NCBI GenBank assembly: GCA_000004985.1
Contig: GG738852.1
DNA from: Naegleria gruberi
Lineage: Eukaryota
DNA: 64,000 nt
Strand: one strand, 5' to 3'
The translations under genes were made by a program, and so were the position numbers. This document shows, in pieces, positions 1 through 11,000 of this stretch; within the stretch, counting starts at the first letter, position 1, and the number at the start of each line of letters is the position of its first letter. Below the pieces are notes generated by a model that saw nothing but the letters and a program-made list of their open reading frames with translations, did not search any database and had not been told where the DNA came from.

Positions 1-386
1 ATGCCACCAAGGACAGCAAGGTTTTCAAGGTTATCATCAAGTTCAAGGCTAACCCATTCTTCAATAATACTGAATTGTGGAAGAACATTTCCTCCAAGAA
101 GACTGGTGCTGATGTTTCTATGGACGTCACCCAATCTGGTATTGACTGGAAGGCCGGAAAGAACTTTTTGGCCAAGCCAGCTGCTGAAGAAGGAAAGAAG
201 AGAAAGAAGTCAGCTGTTGAAGAAGATTTGGAAGACAGTGAAGGTTTCATTGGCATGTTTGCCCAAGAAACTGAAAATGATGAAGATTTCCTCTCCATCA
301 TTGTTGATGAAATTTATGATAATCCATTGAGCGTCATGTTGGGCGAAGGTGGAGAAGACTCCTTCATTGAAGATGATGAACTCTAA
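1..386 (+). CDS. Nucleosome assembly protein (NAP/SET family), C-terminal portion; the 5' end lies outside the window
   Basis: Frame 3 is open from the window edge to TAA at 384-386. The translation ...KVFKVIIKFKANPFFNNTELWKNISSKK... followed by an acidic tail (EEDLEDSEGF...EDSFIEDDEL) resembles the conserved C-terminal region and acidic tail of NAP proteins. Third codon positions are C/G-rich, unlike neighbouring genes. The overlapping frame-1 ORF 1..330 is spurious. Confidence 0.55.
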   Translation, partial: ATKDSKVFKVIIKFKANPFFNNTELWKNISSKKTGADVSMDVTQSGIDWKAGKNFLAKPAAEEGKKRKKSAVEEDLEDSEGFIGMFAQETENDEDFLSIIVDEIYDNPLSVMLGEGGEDSFIEDDEL

Positions 387-525
387 ATTATATGATGATT
401 ATATTTTCACACTAGATTCCTAAAAAAACAATTTAAATCTAAGAATTTTAAATTATTTGAATAATTGTGAAATAAATTAATTTCATAATTATTTTTCACA
501 ATCAGCACAACATTTGAAAATCATT

Positions 526-1635
526 TTATTCTTCTTCATCACAAAAATTGTGTTCTAATTGGACAAGATTCTTTAAATAAGGGCTATTTGATATTATGGA
601 AGAAGATGAGGCAGAATAGGTATTCAATATTGGTCTTATTCTAAAGTTCTTGTTTCCATTATTGTTTAATAGATATAGAACTTGCAATTTTTTCATATTT
701 GGACTATTTGAAAGTATTTTGATTCCTTCGTCTGTAATCAAATTACCAGACAAATTCAAGTGAGTTAAGTTCAACATGTTAGAACAAATACAAGACAGCC
801 CTTCATCTCCAATACTATTTCCATCCAAATTAAGATTTGTCAATTGAGTTAAATATTGACTCGTGGCTAAATAGGATGCACCTTCTTTTTCAACTCTGTT
901 TCTTTTCAAGTTTAAACAAGTAAGGTTTGAAAGAAAAGGAGAGCTTGCAAGGTATTTAACTCCTTCAGCTCTTAAATTATTTCCATCCAAATTGAGCTCA
1001 GTCAAGTTTGACATGTGTGGAGTATTGGCAAGATGACGTGCAAAGTTGGCATCAACTTTGCATCTTGGTAAATAAAGTTCCTTCAGATTTGAAAACTTTT
1101 CACTCTCAATAATCCTAATTGCTCCAATATTGAGAATTCTTGAGTCAGCAAACTTCAAACTAGTCAACCCAGAAACATTTCCACTTTTTGCAATGAAAAA
1201 AGCAGATTTTGGCCTGGCATTATACACTTGTAATTTCTTCAACTTTGAATTCTTTGAGCAATTAATAGTCTTGTTGACAATTCCACTATCTGTTCCTTGC
1301 ATACTCAACTCCATTACATTATTAAAGAATTTGCTCTTATAAAATTTGTGGTATTGAACCTGTGAGCGATAGGAACTTTTGAGTTCAATTTTACATTCTA
1401 GTTGCTTGATCATTAACAGCCATTCTTTGCACACTAATGCTAGCCGGGTGGCACAATTGAAAGGGCAAATAAATTGCATGATGACACTAATGCAATCTGT
1501 TTGATCTTTCAATCCTTCCAAACAATTCTTTTCATAATAAATTTCAGGTTCCTCTTCATATTCTTCGTAGTCTCCCTGAAATTCTTCCTGTTCTTCACAT
1601 ACGGGAAGCAGAAGCTCATCAGTAATTGCAGACAT
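526..1635 (-). CDS. F-box-like / leucine-rich repeat (ribonuclease-inhibitor type) protein
   Basis: 369-aa ORF with ATG at 1635. The N-terminus has an F-box-like motif (ISVIMQFICPFNCATRLALVCKEWLLMI). It is followed by at least 6 RNI-type LRRs (LTELNLDGNNLRAEGVKYLAS..., LTNLNLDGNSIGDEGLSCI..., LTHLNLSGNLITDEGIKIL...). Confidence 0.75.
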   Translation of the reverse strand: MSAITDELLLPVCEEQEEFQGDYEEYEEEPEIYYEKNCLEGLKDQTDCISVIMQFICPFNCATRLALVCKEWLLMIKQLECKIELKSSYRSQVQYHKFYKSKFFNNVMELSMQGTDSGIVNKTINCSKNSKLKKLQVYNARPKSAFFIAKSGNVSGLTSLKFADSRILNIGAIRIIESEKFSNLKELYLPRCKVDANFARHLANTPHMSNLTELNLDGNNLRAEGVKYLASSPFLSNLTCLNLKRNRVEKEGASYLATSQYLTQLTNLNLDGNSIGDEGLSCICSNMLNLTHLNLSGNLITDEGIKILSNSPNMKKLQVLYLLNNNGNKNFRIRPILNTYSASSSSIISNSPYLKNLVQLEHNFCDEEE

Positions 1636-1732
1636 TTTTTCATTTCAAGATTGAACATCTCCATAAAATTGCATTTAAAAAATTGTGAAATTATTAATTA
1701 TTCTAAATACAAAGTTACAAAATATTTAATGA

Positions 1733-2953
1733 TTAACAATCCTTTTCAATGAATAATCTTCTCACATTGGGAAATATCTTTTCAATTTTGTAATCCAATT
1801 TGTTTTCTCTCAAATCCAAACTGTATAAAGAATTTAAATTACTTAAATAATTTGCACCATTTTTGGTAATTTGATTATTTCTTAATTGTAAATATTTTAA
1901 ATGAGAAAATTTAGAAATAATTTTTGCACCTTGATCCTCAATATTGTTACCATTCAAGTTTAAATCAGTCAGTTTCCTTAAATTTCCTAAATTAGTAATT
2001 CCAGAATCGCTCAATCCATTATATGACAAATTTAGAAAGGTTAAATTGGCTAATTTCCCAATATTTACTAATCCAGCATCTCGAATTACATTTCCACTCA
2101 AATTCAAACTTGTGAAACTTGAAATATTCGAAAGGAACTCAGCACCTTTCGAATTAATATTCGAATTCCACAATTTAAGATGATTCAAACTAGTCAATTT
2201 TGAAATATTTTCAATATCTTCTTCCTTATTGTATTTAACATTGAGAATTAATGAATTTAAACTTTTCATTTCGGATAAATGAGCAGAAGTTCCATAACTA
2301 TCTGGACTACAGTTCAATTCTTTCAGATTCGTCAATTTTTTCAAATAGGCAACCGATTCCGCCTCCAATCTTAACTCTCCCAATATCAAAGATTCCAATA
2401 ATTTCATTTCAGAAATATAAACAATCGACTGCTTTCCAATATCTGTACAGAAAATATTCAACCTTCTCATTGATGGAATTAATGAAATTTCCTTCACATG
2501 TGCATCAGTCACTAGTTCGTTATAACTCAAATCTAAAGCAGTTAAATTCTTTAGTTTTGAGAATATTTTGGTATTTGTTATTCGAACCTGGTGATGATTA
2601 AACGAAAGGTCAGTAACGGATTCTAGTGTTGGGAAGTAGTCAATCATTCTGGAATGAAACTTTCCTTCGATTTTTAAACAACTTTTCAAGACTCTGCTTT
2701 TGCAACATGCCAAGAAACTGTCAACATTTTTAGTGTTGACATTGACAGTGAAAGGTGTTTGTGAAATTAGCTGATTCCAATATTTGCAGACTAATCGGAG
2801 TTTGGAAATTAAATTCTTGTAGGAAAGGCAAATGAAAATGTGATGAGTAATAATTTCACCTGGAATGGAGTGAAATTCACAAGTTTCGTTTGGATTCTCC
2901 AACTTTATTTTCTCTTCCGAGAAGGAAATGAGTGAAATAAGTTGTTGCCACAT
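1733..2953 (-). CDS. F-box-like / leucine-rich repeat protein; paralog of the adjacent gene
   Basis: 406-aa ORF with ATG at 2953. The N-terminus carries an F-box-like motif (IICLSYKNLISKLRLVCKYWNQLI). Then come at least 8 LRRs (LTFLNLSYNGLSDSGITNLGNLRKLTDLNLNGNNIEDQGAKIIS...). It has the same strand and architecture as 526-1635, suggesting a tandem duplicate. Confidence 0.75.
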   Translation of the reverse strand: MWQQLISLISFSEEKIKLENPNETCEFHSIPGEIITHHIFICLSYKNLISKLRLVCKYWNQLISQTPFTVNVNTKNVDSFLACCKSRVLKSCLKIEGKFHSRMIDYFPTLESVTDLSFNHHQVRITNTKIFSKLKNLTALDLSYNELVTDAHVKEISLIPSMRRLNIFCTDIGKQSIVYISEMKLLESLILGELRLEAESVAYLKKLTNLKELNCSPDSYGTSAHLSEMKSLNSLILNVKYNKEEDIENISKLTSLNHLKLWNSNINSKGAEFLSNISSFTSLNLSGNVIRDAGLVNIGKLANLTFLNLSYNGLSDSGITNLGNLRKLTDLNLNGNNIEDQGAKIISKFSHLKYLQLRNNQITKNGANYLSNLNSLYSLDLRENKLDYKIEKIFPNVRRLFIEKDC

Positions 2954-3049
2954 TTTTTATGTTGATCCATTAGAAATTCAATGATAACTCCAACACTTTA
3001 CAATAATTCTATTTTAATCAAAAGTTTAATTCAATCCAATAATATTATT

Positions 3050-4465
3050 TTACACAGTTACTTCAACTAAATCATATTCAGAACCACTCCAACTTCTGCC
3101 ACATAATCCACTAATAAAGTCCCAACAAGAGGATAGATATTCTCTTCTTGTCTTGGATTGAGCATCTTTCTGTTTGCCTTCTCTCCATTTGGCTGTAATG
3201 ACAACAGCAACACCGATGAGAATTAAGGCAGCTCCTGGAACAACTAATGGAGTGACACGTTCTCCCAAGATGAAAAAGGCCATCAAACTTGTAACAATTG
3301 GATTCAGAGTTGAGTAAACTCCAATAATGGTTGGAGTTGTTAAACTTGAAGCTTTAGAGTTCAAAACAAAGAAGAGAGTTCCATGAACCAATCCACCATA
3401 TAAAATTCCCGCATATGCCATCACGTCCATTCTCAACACAATTTGAATTGGTGAATAACCATAATCAGCAGTCAAGAAGTAAACTGAAGGAAGCAGAGGA
3501 ACTAAACTACCAATTGTCCAAGTCCATAAAGCAAGTGTCAATACAGGAATCTTTTCCTTTTCAAATGTCTTTTTGAAATTAATCAAGTACAAGGCATAGA
3601 AAAACATATTCACACATAAAAAGAGCATACCAATAGTGAACGAAAAGGTGTTAATGAAATTGTCGATGGCACTTGCTGTACTGCTATCTGCATCATCAAT
3701 TACATCCTTCTTTTTAGGATTGAACAATGTGGAAACTACCAACATGGCCACAGCCCCTCCGACAGCTAAGAAAACTCCAAAAAATTTCAATATTGATCTA
3801 CCCTCTCTCTTCAAAATAACAGACATGATACAAGTAATGATAGCCACCAATGGCTGCATAATACCTGCAATAGTTGAATTTGTCCATCTCAATCCCATAA
3901 AGAAGAGAATTTGATTCAGATTAATAAACAATCCCAATACGAAAATCTGCTTTGCTTGTCTCCAATTTGGAGTCTTTCTTAAAATATATCTGTAAATACG
4001 TTTCAAAATTCCAATACCTCCAAATTTTGACAATTTCCTCTCCAGAACTTTCTCTGAACGAAACGAAAATGCTGAATCCTTAATAACTGTCACTGGAAAC
4101 AAACCAATGACAATTAACAAAGATCTAAATAATGCAAATGTAGTCGGATGCATAATTGCTATAGAATGTGGAATCAACACAACATATCCACCAAATGTAA
4201 TCAATGTAGTAAATAACAGAATATGAGCCAATAATTGAGATTGACCAAACCAATTAAACACCTTCTTAGTTTTGCTCCAACAATTAGTATTCACATGTTC
4301 TTCTTCCATTGATGAATAGGTTGGATCATCATCAATTGTATGTTTTCCATGATGATCAAAATCATCAGCCACATTATTATAATATACAGAGTTTGTTTTT
4401 TCAAAATTTGAATGTATCAGTGATGCACTCTCGGTATTCAAAGATCCCTTCTCTACCACCACCAT
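3050..4465 (-). CDS. Multi-pass membrane transporter, EamA/DMT-superfamily-like
   Basis: 471-aa ORF with ATG at 4465. There is a hydrophilic N-terminal stretch of about 80 aa, then about 10 hydrophobic helices. The C-terminal helix (GAALILIGVAVVITAKWREGKQ) is characteristic of EamA-type drug/metabolite transporters. Confidence 0.5.
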   Translation of the reverse strand: MVVVEKGSLNTESASLIHSNFEKTNSVYYNNVADDFDHHGKHTIDDDPTYSSMEEEHVNTNCWSKTKKVFNWFGQSQLLAHILLFTTLITFGGYVVLIPHSIAIMHPTTFALFRSLLIVIGLFPVTVIKDSAFSFRSEKVLERKLSKFGGIGILKRIYRYILRKTPNWRQAKQIFVLGLFINLNQILFFMGLRWTNSTIAGIMQPLVAIITCIMSVILKREGRSILKFFGVFLAVGGAVAMLVVSTLFNPKKKDVIDDADSSTASAIDNFINTFSFTIGMLFLCVNMFFYALYLINFKKTFEKEKIPVLTLALWTWTIGSLVPLLPSVYFLTADYGYSPIQIVLRMDVMAYAGILYGGLVHGTLFFVLNSKASSLTTPTIIGVYSTLNPIVTSLMAFFILGERVTPLVVPGAALILIGVAVVITAKWREGKQKDAQSKTRREYLSSCWDFISGLCGRSWSGSEYDLVEVTV

Positions 4466-4897
4466 CTTTTTCTATACACAATATCCTCCTATTGGTTTAG
4501 CTTGTTTTTGATATCAACTATCGCAGCAATGATGTTTGATCAAAACTCTAAGTTGTTTTTGCGCGGGGCTTTTTTTTTCTTTATGAAAATTGAAATCATC
4601 ACAACAGGATTGTGTGTGGCAATTCAGAGAGATAGCAAATGTTGTGAATGCTTGATTGGAATTTATTGGAATTTCTCGGAGTTACATTTGCAAAAAATTT
4701 CCACAGCATCCCCGCAATTACTGTAAAGGAAAGCGATTAATGCATCCACTTGGGCAAACTCCTGGCCAGGAGGAAGGACATTGTTTCTTCTTACTAAATA
4801 TTGTTTAATATTACAGAATGAGTTCCATAATGTACTGCTGTAATGGTTATTAATACAAGTTAGAAATCGTTTCAGAACTTTTGTGAGGAGCTTTGTG

Positions 4898-7273
4898 TTA
4901 GATTGTTTTGTTTTCTGTTTCTTCTTGTGGTTCAGTGGTGAGAGCTTGTTTGGAGTGCACTTCATAAACAATGAGCCAATTTCTGTATTGTTGAGTGGTT
5001 TGTAAACGACCATACGTATCCCACATATTATAGAGCATGTCACTGGTCAATTGGTGCCAAAGTGCTTCAACTTGTTTGTCAATTTCTGAGCCAGATACTG
5101 AGAATTTTTCTGCCTTCTTTTCTCTGATTTGGTCTAATAATTCATAGAAACGTGCCTTACTTTTGTGATGAATATTGACTTCATTGGGTGAATACATTCG
5201 AATAAAGTTGGATTCAATATGTTCCAATTGTTCCATTGTTGCAAATCCTGCCTTTTTAATTTCCAAAAGTTTGTCAAACAGATTACAGTTTTCCAATGAA
5301 GTTTCATAATAACTGTACTCTTTGAATAGTGTAGAGAAAGAAGGATTATTTGTGAGGAGGTGTTCGAATAAATTTTGTTCTCTTTCAACACTGGAACGAT
5401 TTGTTCTTTTGAATCGTCTTGCCTTAATTTTGTTGACTATTTCAATTGTCATGGCAATGCCTCCACTCACAGCTAACAACCAAACAGCAATTATAAATCT
5501 GACAATGTTACTTCCTAGTTGTGTTTGATTGGCTGGTGTCAATATAACCAATATAATGGCTAATATCACTTGAACAAACAGGGCCATCATATCCAATCGA
5601 ATGTGAGCTGGATCAGCAAAGAAAAAGTATTTTTGAAGTCCCTGTTCCTTGATCTCTTTCCAATTTAGAATTGCATCTATTGCACTATACAGTAAGGCAA
5701 GTACAATGGCTAATGCTGCCAACACTACAAAGTAAATATTGTTGAAAACCACCAAGTTATTAAAATCAACTGCAGCTGCAATGATGGAAGGTGCAACAAA
5801 GATAAATTGTAAAAATAGAGGAAGAATTAAAACAATTCCCCATCCAACCTTTTCAGAAGCTAACCATCTTGCAAATCTTGGATTCTTTGAGTTTTTGATA
5901 ATTCTATATAAATTCTTAATATATAAGAATCTCACAACCATCAATAGATATGCAGATCCAGCATAACCTGTAAATAGTAAAGTGAGTGGTAGCAGTACAG
6001 AACGACAATAATTTCTGACCATTGTTGAAAAGAGAAGTTCTACAAAGACCACCACAATTGGAGAAATGTAGATGGTTGCCAATCTGGTTCTCACTGATGG
6101 AGTTTTGTAAAGTGAAAATCCAAACAGAATTACAAAATAGAAAAATACTGGGACAATGATAATAAAGAGAAGGTAATCACCAATATCAATATTCTCAGCA
6201 GCGCAGGTTGTGGTGGTGCAACAGTGACATGTGGAATTGTAGAGCAAGTTTGATACTTGTGTTTGATTGAATTGATCTAGGGAATTGTTTAAAGTAAGGT
6301 AACTCTCAATGAAAGACCAATCCCTCTGTAATTTGATGGATTGTACACTTTCCAATAAATCAATCTCAGTATGTGTGAAATTCACAACACCATGCAAAGT
6401 GTCCAACACATAAGTGTCATGATATCTACTCAATGAGCAATCTGTTACATTTGTGAAATTTCTCATATTGATTTGACTCGAAAATAAAGAACCACTTCCA
6501 TCAATCGAATTGACCAAAACCTGTGATGGAAATAATGGAATGGGTACAAAATCAGTTGGATTGTAATAAGTACCATCACTCGATGGTGTCGTTCCCATTC
6601 CATAAAATAGACCCTTCCTCGTCACAAATTGATTCACTCTCACGTAGAATGCAAAATCAAAACTATTCAACAATAAGGCATCTCCCAATTCCAAACTAGA
6701 TCCATAAATACAATCAGGATAGAATGAAGAACGTGATTCCACAACAAAATTCTGATCAATCCATGTCTTGTTGTAATTTGTTGTCAGTGAGCTCCATATT
6801 TTCTGACATGGATACAGTTGTGGACAAAGAATTTTAAATTTCCTTGTCTTTCCAAATGGCTGTCCATTGGTTGAATAAAACTTTGTAAAATCTTGAGAAT
6901 TATTCGACACTCTCCCTATCAAATCATCCAAACTAAATGGATTTGTATTTTCTATTATCCCATTCGGATAAACAAATTTCCTCCATACAAATATAGAATA
7001 ATAATTGAAGGCACCAACAATTATCGAATTATTCTTCAAGTCTTGCATGTTGACCATGCTAACCTTATCTTGTATTTGCTGTTGTTGATATCCTAGAACA
7101 TAATTGGGTAGAGCGGAAAAGGTCAGTATTAGCAGTAAAATGTAAAATAGTTTGGTTTCTAATAAACTAATAGGAATGTTAGAATAAATACTCCCATAAG
7201 GTAAGAACCCAGTTCTTGTTGTGTGACCTATTATAACAGTCTGCACGTGTTGTGTGGTGTAACTTTGTGCCAT
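4898..7273 (-). CDS. Seven-transmembrane receptor with C-terminal RGS (regulator of G-protein signalling) domain; large extracellular N-terminal domain
   Basis: The likely ATG is at 7273 (MAQSY...); the ORF track M at 7312 is an alternative start. A hydrophobic signal-like segment (LFYILLLILTFSALP) and about 330 aa of Cys-containing ectodomain are followed by 7 hydrophobic helices between about residues 375 and 640. The cytoplasmic tail holds an RGS-like block: FEHLLTNNPSFSTLFKEYSYYETSLENCNLFDKLLEIKK ... IESNFIRMYSPNEVNI ... fits the RGS pattern F..FL..E.S.EN..F, and the downstream RGS helices are also recognisable. Confidence 0.65.
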   Translation of the reverse strand: MAQSYTTQHVQTVIIGHTTRTGFLPYGSIYSNIPISLLETKLFYILLLILTFSALPNYVLGYQQQQIQDKVSMVNMQDLKNNSIIVGAFNYYSIFVWRKFVYPNGIIENTNPFSLDDLIGRVSNNSQDFTKFYSTNGQPFGKTRKFKILCPQLYPCQKIWSSLTTNYNKTWIDQNFVVESRSSFYPDCIYGSSLELGDALLLNSFDFAFYVRVNQFVTRKGLFYGMGTTPSSDGTYYNPTDFVPIPLFPSQVLVNSIDGSGSLFSSQINMRNFTNVTDCSLSRYHDTYVLDTLHGVVNFTHTEIDLLESVQSIKLQRDWSFIESYLTLNNSLDQFNQTQVSNLLYNSTCHCCTTTTCAAENIDIGDYLLFIIIVPVFFYFVILFGFSLYKTPSVRTRLATIYISPIVVVFVELLFSTMVRNYCRSVLLPLTLLFTGYAGSAYLLMVVRFLYIKNLYRIIKNSKNPRFARWLASEKVGWGIVLILPLFLQFIFVAPSIIAAAVDFNNLVVFNNIYFVVLAALAIVLALLYSAIDAILNWKEIKEQGLQKYFFFADPAHIRLDMMALFVQVILAIILVILTPANQTQLGSNIVRFIIAVWLLAVSGGIAMTIEIVNKIKARRFKRTNRSSVEREQNLFEHLLTNNPSFSTLFKEYSYYETSLENCNLFDKLLEIKKAGFATMEQLEHIESNFIRMYSPNEVNIHHKSKARFYELLDQIREKKAEKFSVSGSEIDKQVEALWHQLTSDMLYNMWDTYGRLQTTQQYRNWLIVYEVHSKQALTTEPQEETENKTI

Positions 7274-7473
7274 TTTTTTATGTCTGAATAAATATAATAC
7301 GAAAAGTGACAATATTTAGATGTTAATGGTAGAGTGACGGCCAAAGATATATCAAAGTCTCCTTTAGGTAATTTTAATATCTCACCTGAATAAGGCAATA
7401 ATATGGTAAAGAACTTGGTTTGCAATTATCCTTTGAATCGATTATAATGAAATTTGTTCATCAGTATTTGAAA

Positions 7474-7992
7474 TTATTGTTTCCACAAGCCAATTCCTCT
7501 ATTTCTTGCACTTGTTTCATATTGCTTGTATTCACTTTGATATTTAACATTGGGATGATAGAAAACAGCTCTAGCATAACCTCCTTCCAATAGCATTTTC
7601 TGAAAATTATTTCCTCCAACCCAAACATGTGCCAATAATCTTCCATAACCATCTCTCAATTCATTTTCAAACTCTAGAATGATACTTGCATTTTCTAGTA
7701 CCTGCTTTGTGTAATCTGAAGCAGCCTGTCCATAGTATTCCTTCTTCTTTTTAGGATGAACTGTTTCGGGTGTATCCACTCCAATCAATCGAATTCTTTC
7801 CTTCTCTCCATCACGCATTTTACAAATAATTGTATCACCATCGACAACTCGCAATACACGAATATTCTTCATTTGGGAATTTCTGGTCGGTTCCTGAACG
7901 AGTGGTAAATTTAAATTTGAATTTTGAAAGGAATTCTTCCAAATAATCGTTCCGATCAAGAGGATTGCAAAAATCAGCACTTTGAGTTCCAT
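7474..7992 (-). CDS. Secreted staphylococcal-nuclease-like (thermonuclease / SNase) domain protein
   Basis: 172-aa ORF with an N-terminal hydrophobic signal peptide (LKVLIFAILLIGTIIW). The SNase core is recognisable: VLRVVDGDTIICKMRDGEKERIRLIGVDTPET...KEYYGQAASDYTKQVLENASIILEFENELRDGYGRLLAHVW...LLEGGYARA. The catalytic Arg/Glu/Arg and the Ca-binding DGDT / D-T-P-E motifs are all present. Confidence 0.85.
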   Translation of the reverse strand: MELKVLIFAILLIGTIIWKNSFQNSNLNLPLVQEPTRNSQMKNIRVLRVVDGDTIICKMRDGEKERIRLIGVDTPETVHPKKKKEYYGQAASDYTKQVLENASIILEFENELRDGYGRLLAHVWVGGNNFQKMLLEGGYARAVFYHPNVKYQSEYKQYETSARNRGIGLWKQ

Positions 7993-8040
7993 TTTTTTTA
8001 ATGCATTTTCTGTTGTTCATGAACTAGCAAATCGAACAGT

Positions 8041-11000
8041 TTATTTTGTTTCAAAATAGGAATGTTCCATAATTTCTTTAGCTTGTGGTCTTTTGGATGG
8101 GTTTTTCTCCAACATTAAAATGATGATTTCCTGTAGTGTGTCTGAATACTTGCCACATTCAGAGAGCTTGTTTTTAAGCCATTGCTTTACATCATTGGTA
8201 GACTCTGATTGCATGTATAAATTACTAATGGATGTAACTAGGTCACCTGTGCATAATTGATAAATTGCAACTCCTAGAGAATACACATCAGTGTTAAAGC
8301 TATACTTTGCTCCAAGACCTAATTCTGGAGACATGTAAAGAGGAGTTCCAGCATAAGAATTATTGACAGAACCAAACATTTGTTTCGCAAGACCAAAATC
8401 TGCCAATACTATCGATACAGAATTATCTGATAATTCATTAATAAAGATATTGTTAGGTTTTACATCTCTGTGAATCATTTTAAGGTTGGTGTGAACAAAG
8501 CTCAAGGCATCACAGCCTTGATAAAGTATTTGTTTCACAATATCCTCACTAATAGTACCTGCTGCTTTAGGAATGAGTTTTGTCAAGTCTCCATTTTCAT
8601 AATAGTCCATGTCAATAAGTAATATTTGATCCTTGTCAATAAATAAATCATTCACTTTTAAAATGTTTGGGTGATTGATATTCATCAATTGAGTTCCTTC
8701 TTTCATAATCGAGTTCAATTCCTCAATATCAGAATATTTGACAACTTTTAGCGCCTTCAGTTTATCGCCCATCTTGGTATCGTTGCATTTAAAAACTGAC
8801 CCAAATCCGCCTTGTCCAATCTTCTCCAAATTCTTATATCTTGAGGCAGGATCGAAATTAGATGCAGATGATATTATAGAAGTGACAGTAAGTCCATTAG
8901 AGTTTGTTGAACCTCCAATTATGGATTTGAAACGAACACTTTCGTCCGATGGAAAGTCTGAACTATATGATGATGGCGCAATGCTAGAATTCATTTTGTT
9001 ATACTGTGAATCATTGAGTTCAATCATGCTCTCTCCCTGATTAGGGAAATCATTGACAGTGTTTGGGACTGGTTTCTGCTTTTTCATTCCTCTAAAAACT
9101 ATAATGAAAACAATTATGACCACAATAATCAATATAACAATAACTAAAAGAGAAAGTCCGACTGCTAAACCAATTATTAAACCTAGTTGATTATTGCCTA
9201 CTATTGTTGAAGAACCAACTCTTGTTGCAATGTTAACATTGCAACTAGAACCTGTCCATCCAGCATTACAGTTGCAATAGTTATAATCAGTGCATTTTCC
9301 ATTTGAGGAACAAGAGTTGGTGTTATTGGAATAAATTCCATAACACATGGTTACTTCACAATATTTTCCATAGAAATTACTACCACAACTACAAGTATCA
9401 TGAGATGAACAACTTCCTCTCGAAGAACAAACAGAAGAATCAGTGCTTTGAGTACCATTACAAAGAGATACCTTACATTCAGTTCCTTGATAGAATGGTT
9501 CACACTGACAAGTGTCTGCTGCTACACAGGTACCATGGCCCCCACAAACAGAAGCATCAGTGGATAACTTTCCAAAACATTTTCTGGTATCACAATTGAC
9601 TCCATAAAATCCATTATTGCATGAACACGAATTGTAATCGATACATGTACCATTGGAGGAACAAACTGAAGTGTCATTCGAAAACTTTCCATAACACATG
9701 GTTACTTCACAATATTTTCCATAGAAATTACTACCACAAATACAAGTATCATGTGCGTTGCATACTCCCCTTAAAGATGAGCATACCAATGTAGAATTAC
9801 TTAATGTACCGTTACAAGTTGTAATTTTACAGTCAGCTCCAAGGTAAAGGCTGTCACATCTGCAAGTGTCACTAGAAATACATGCTCCATGGCCGCTACA
9901 AACATTACTTGTATCGTTTGATAATTTACCAAAACAACTCAATAAATTACACTGAGATCCATAGAATCCTGAGTTGCACTGACAAGTGTCTGGTGCAATG
10001 CATGTACCATTTCTTGAACAAGCATTTGGCTGCTCTGAGCTAAAACCAAAACATGTTGGGATGCATGCATTATAATATTGGTTCAAAATGTAGGGAGAGT
10101 CACAATATGGGGTCAATTGTCTTACAGTATTTTTCTGATTATCAACAAAAACAATTTCAGAAGTAGAGGTAATGAATGCTCCACTAGGGCTTAGAGTGGC
10201 TTTAGTGGCATCGGGACCATCATCATTGAATCCAACCAGGTTTGATCCACCATTTCCTGCCATTGTAGATATAATTCCATTTGCTGCTAATCGCATTCTG
10301 TTTTGTCCTCTGTCAGAAATGACAATAAAATTCGAAATACTTGATCCAAATACAGAAATAGGTGAGAGACCTGCATATAAAATATTACCATTATCATTCA
10401 GACTTGCACCCAACCCAGAGTAAACATTCAGAATATTGGTGCTTGAATCCACATACATGACGCTCAATTTCGAGTTATAGTATGCCAAAAAGTAAAATCC
10501 AGTCGGTGAAACATATATTCCTCCATCTACACTAATTGTGACAGAATTAGCTTGCGATGATCCAGGAATAAATGTTGATTCTGAACTGATAGTTCCAGCA
10601 ACATTTGTTATTATTCCATTGGAATTGATCTTCCTTATCAGAAAATTATCCACAATGAAAACCTCATTAGCAGAAGTGACAAAAATACCAGTTGGGAAGC
10701 TGAATACATTTGGGTGAGCAAAAAGAGTTTTGAAACTTACTAAAGTCTTGCACTGAGAGCATTGACACCATCATCACCTAAATATCCACTGGAAGGTGGC
10801 TGTGATCCAGTACCTGCAATAGTAACAATGGTACCATTAGTGAATATTTTTCTAATTCTTCTATTAACACTGTCTGATATGTATACTTCATTCTTGAATT
10901 CAAATACAGAACTAGGATAGTTCAGTTGAGCTGTGGAAGCATCCATATAATCGCTATTGTATCCAGCAACTCCGGTACCAGCTATCGTAATTATAGTTCC

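Noticed and set aside
1-330. Frame-1 ORF (109 aa, MPPRTARFSRL...) at the window start
   Set aside because: It overlaps the NAP-like reading frame, which has coherent family motifs and codon bias. The frame-1 product is Ser/Leu/Arg-rich nonsense typical of an out-of-frame read of a GC3-rich gene.
7474-7992. Treating the SNase-like gene as a definite horizontal transfer from bacteria
   Set aside because: SNase-fold nucleases with signal peptides are native to several eukaryotic lineages. Its codon usage and AT content do not differ visibly from neighbours. Without phylogeny this stays an open question, not a finding of HGT.
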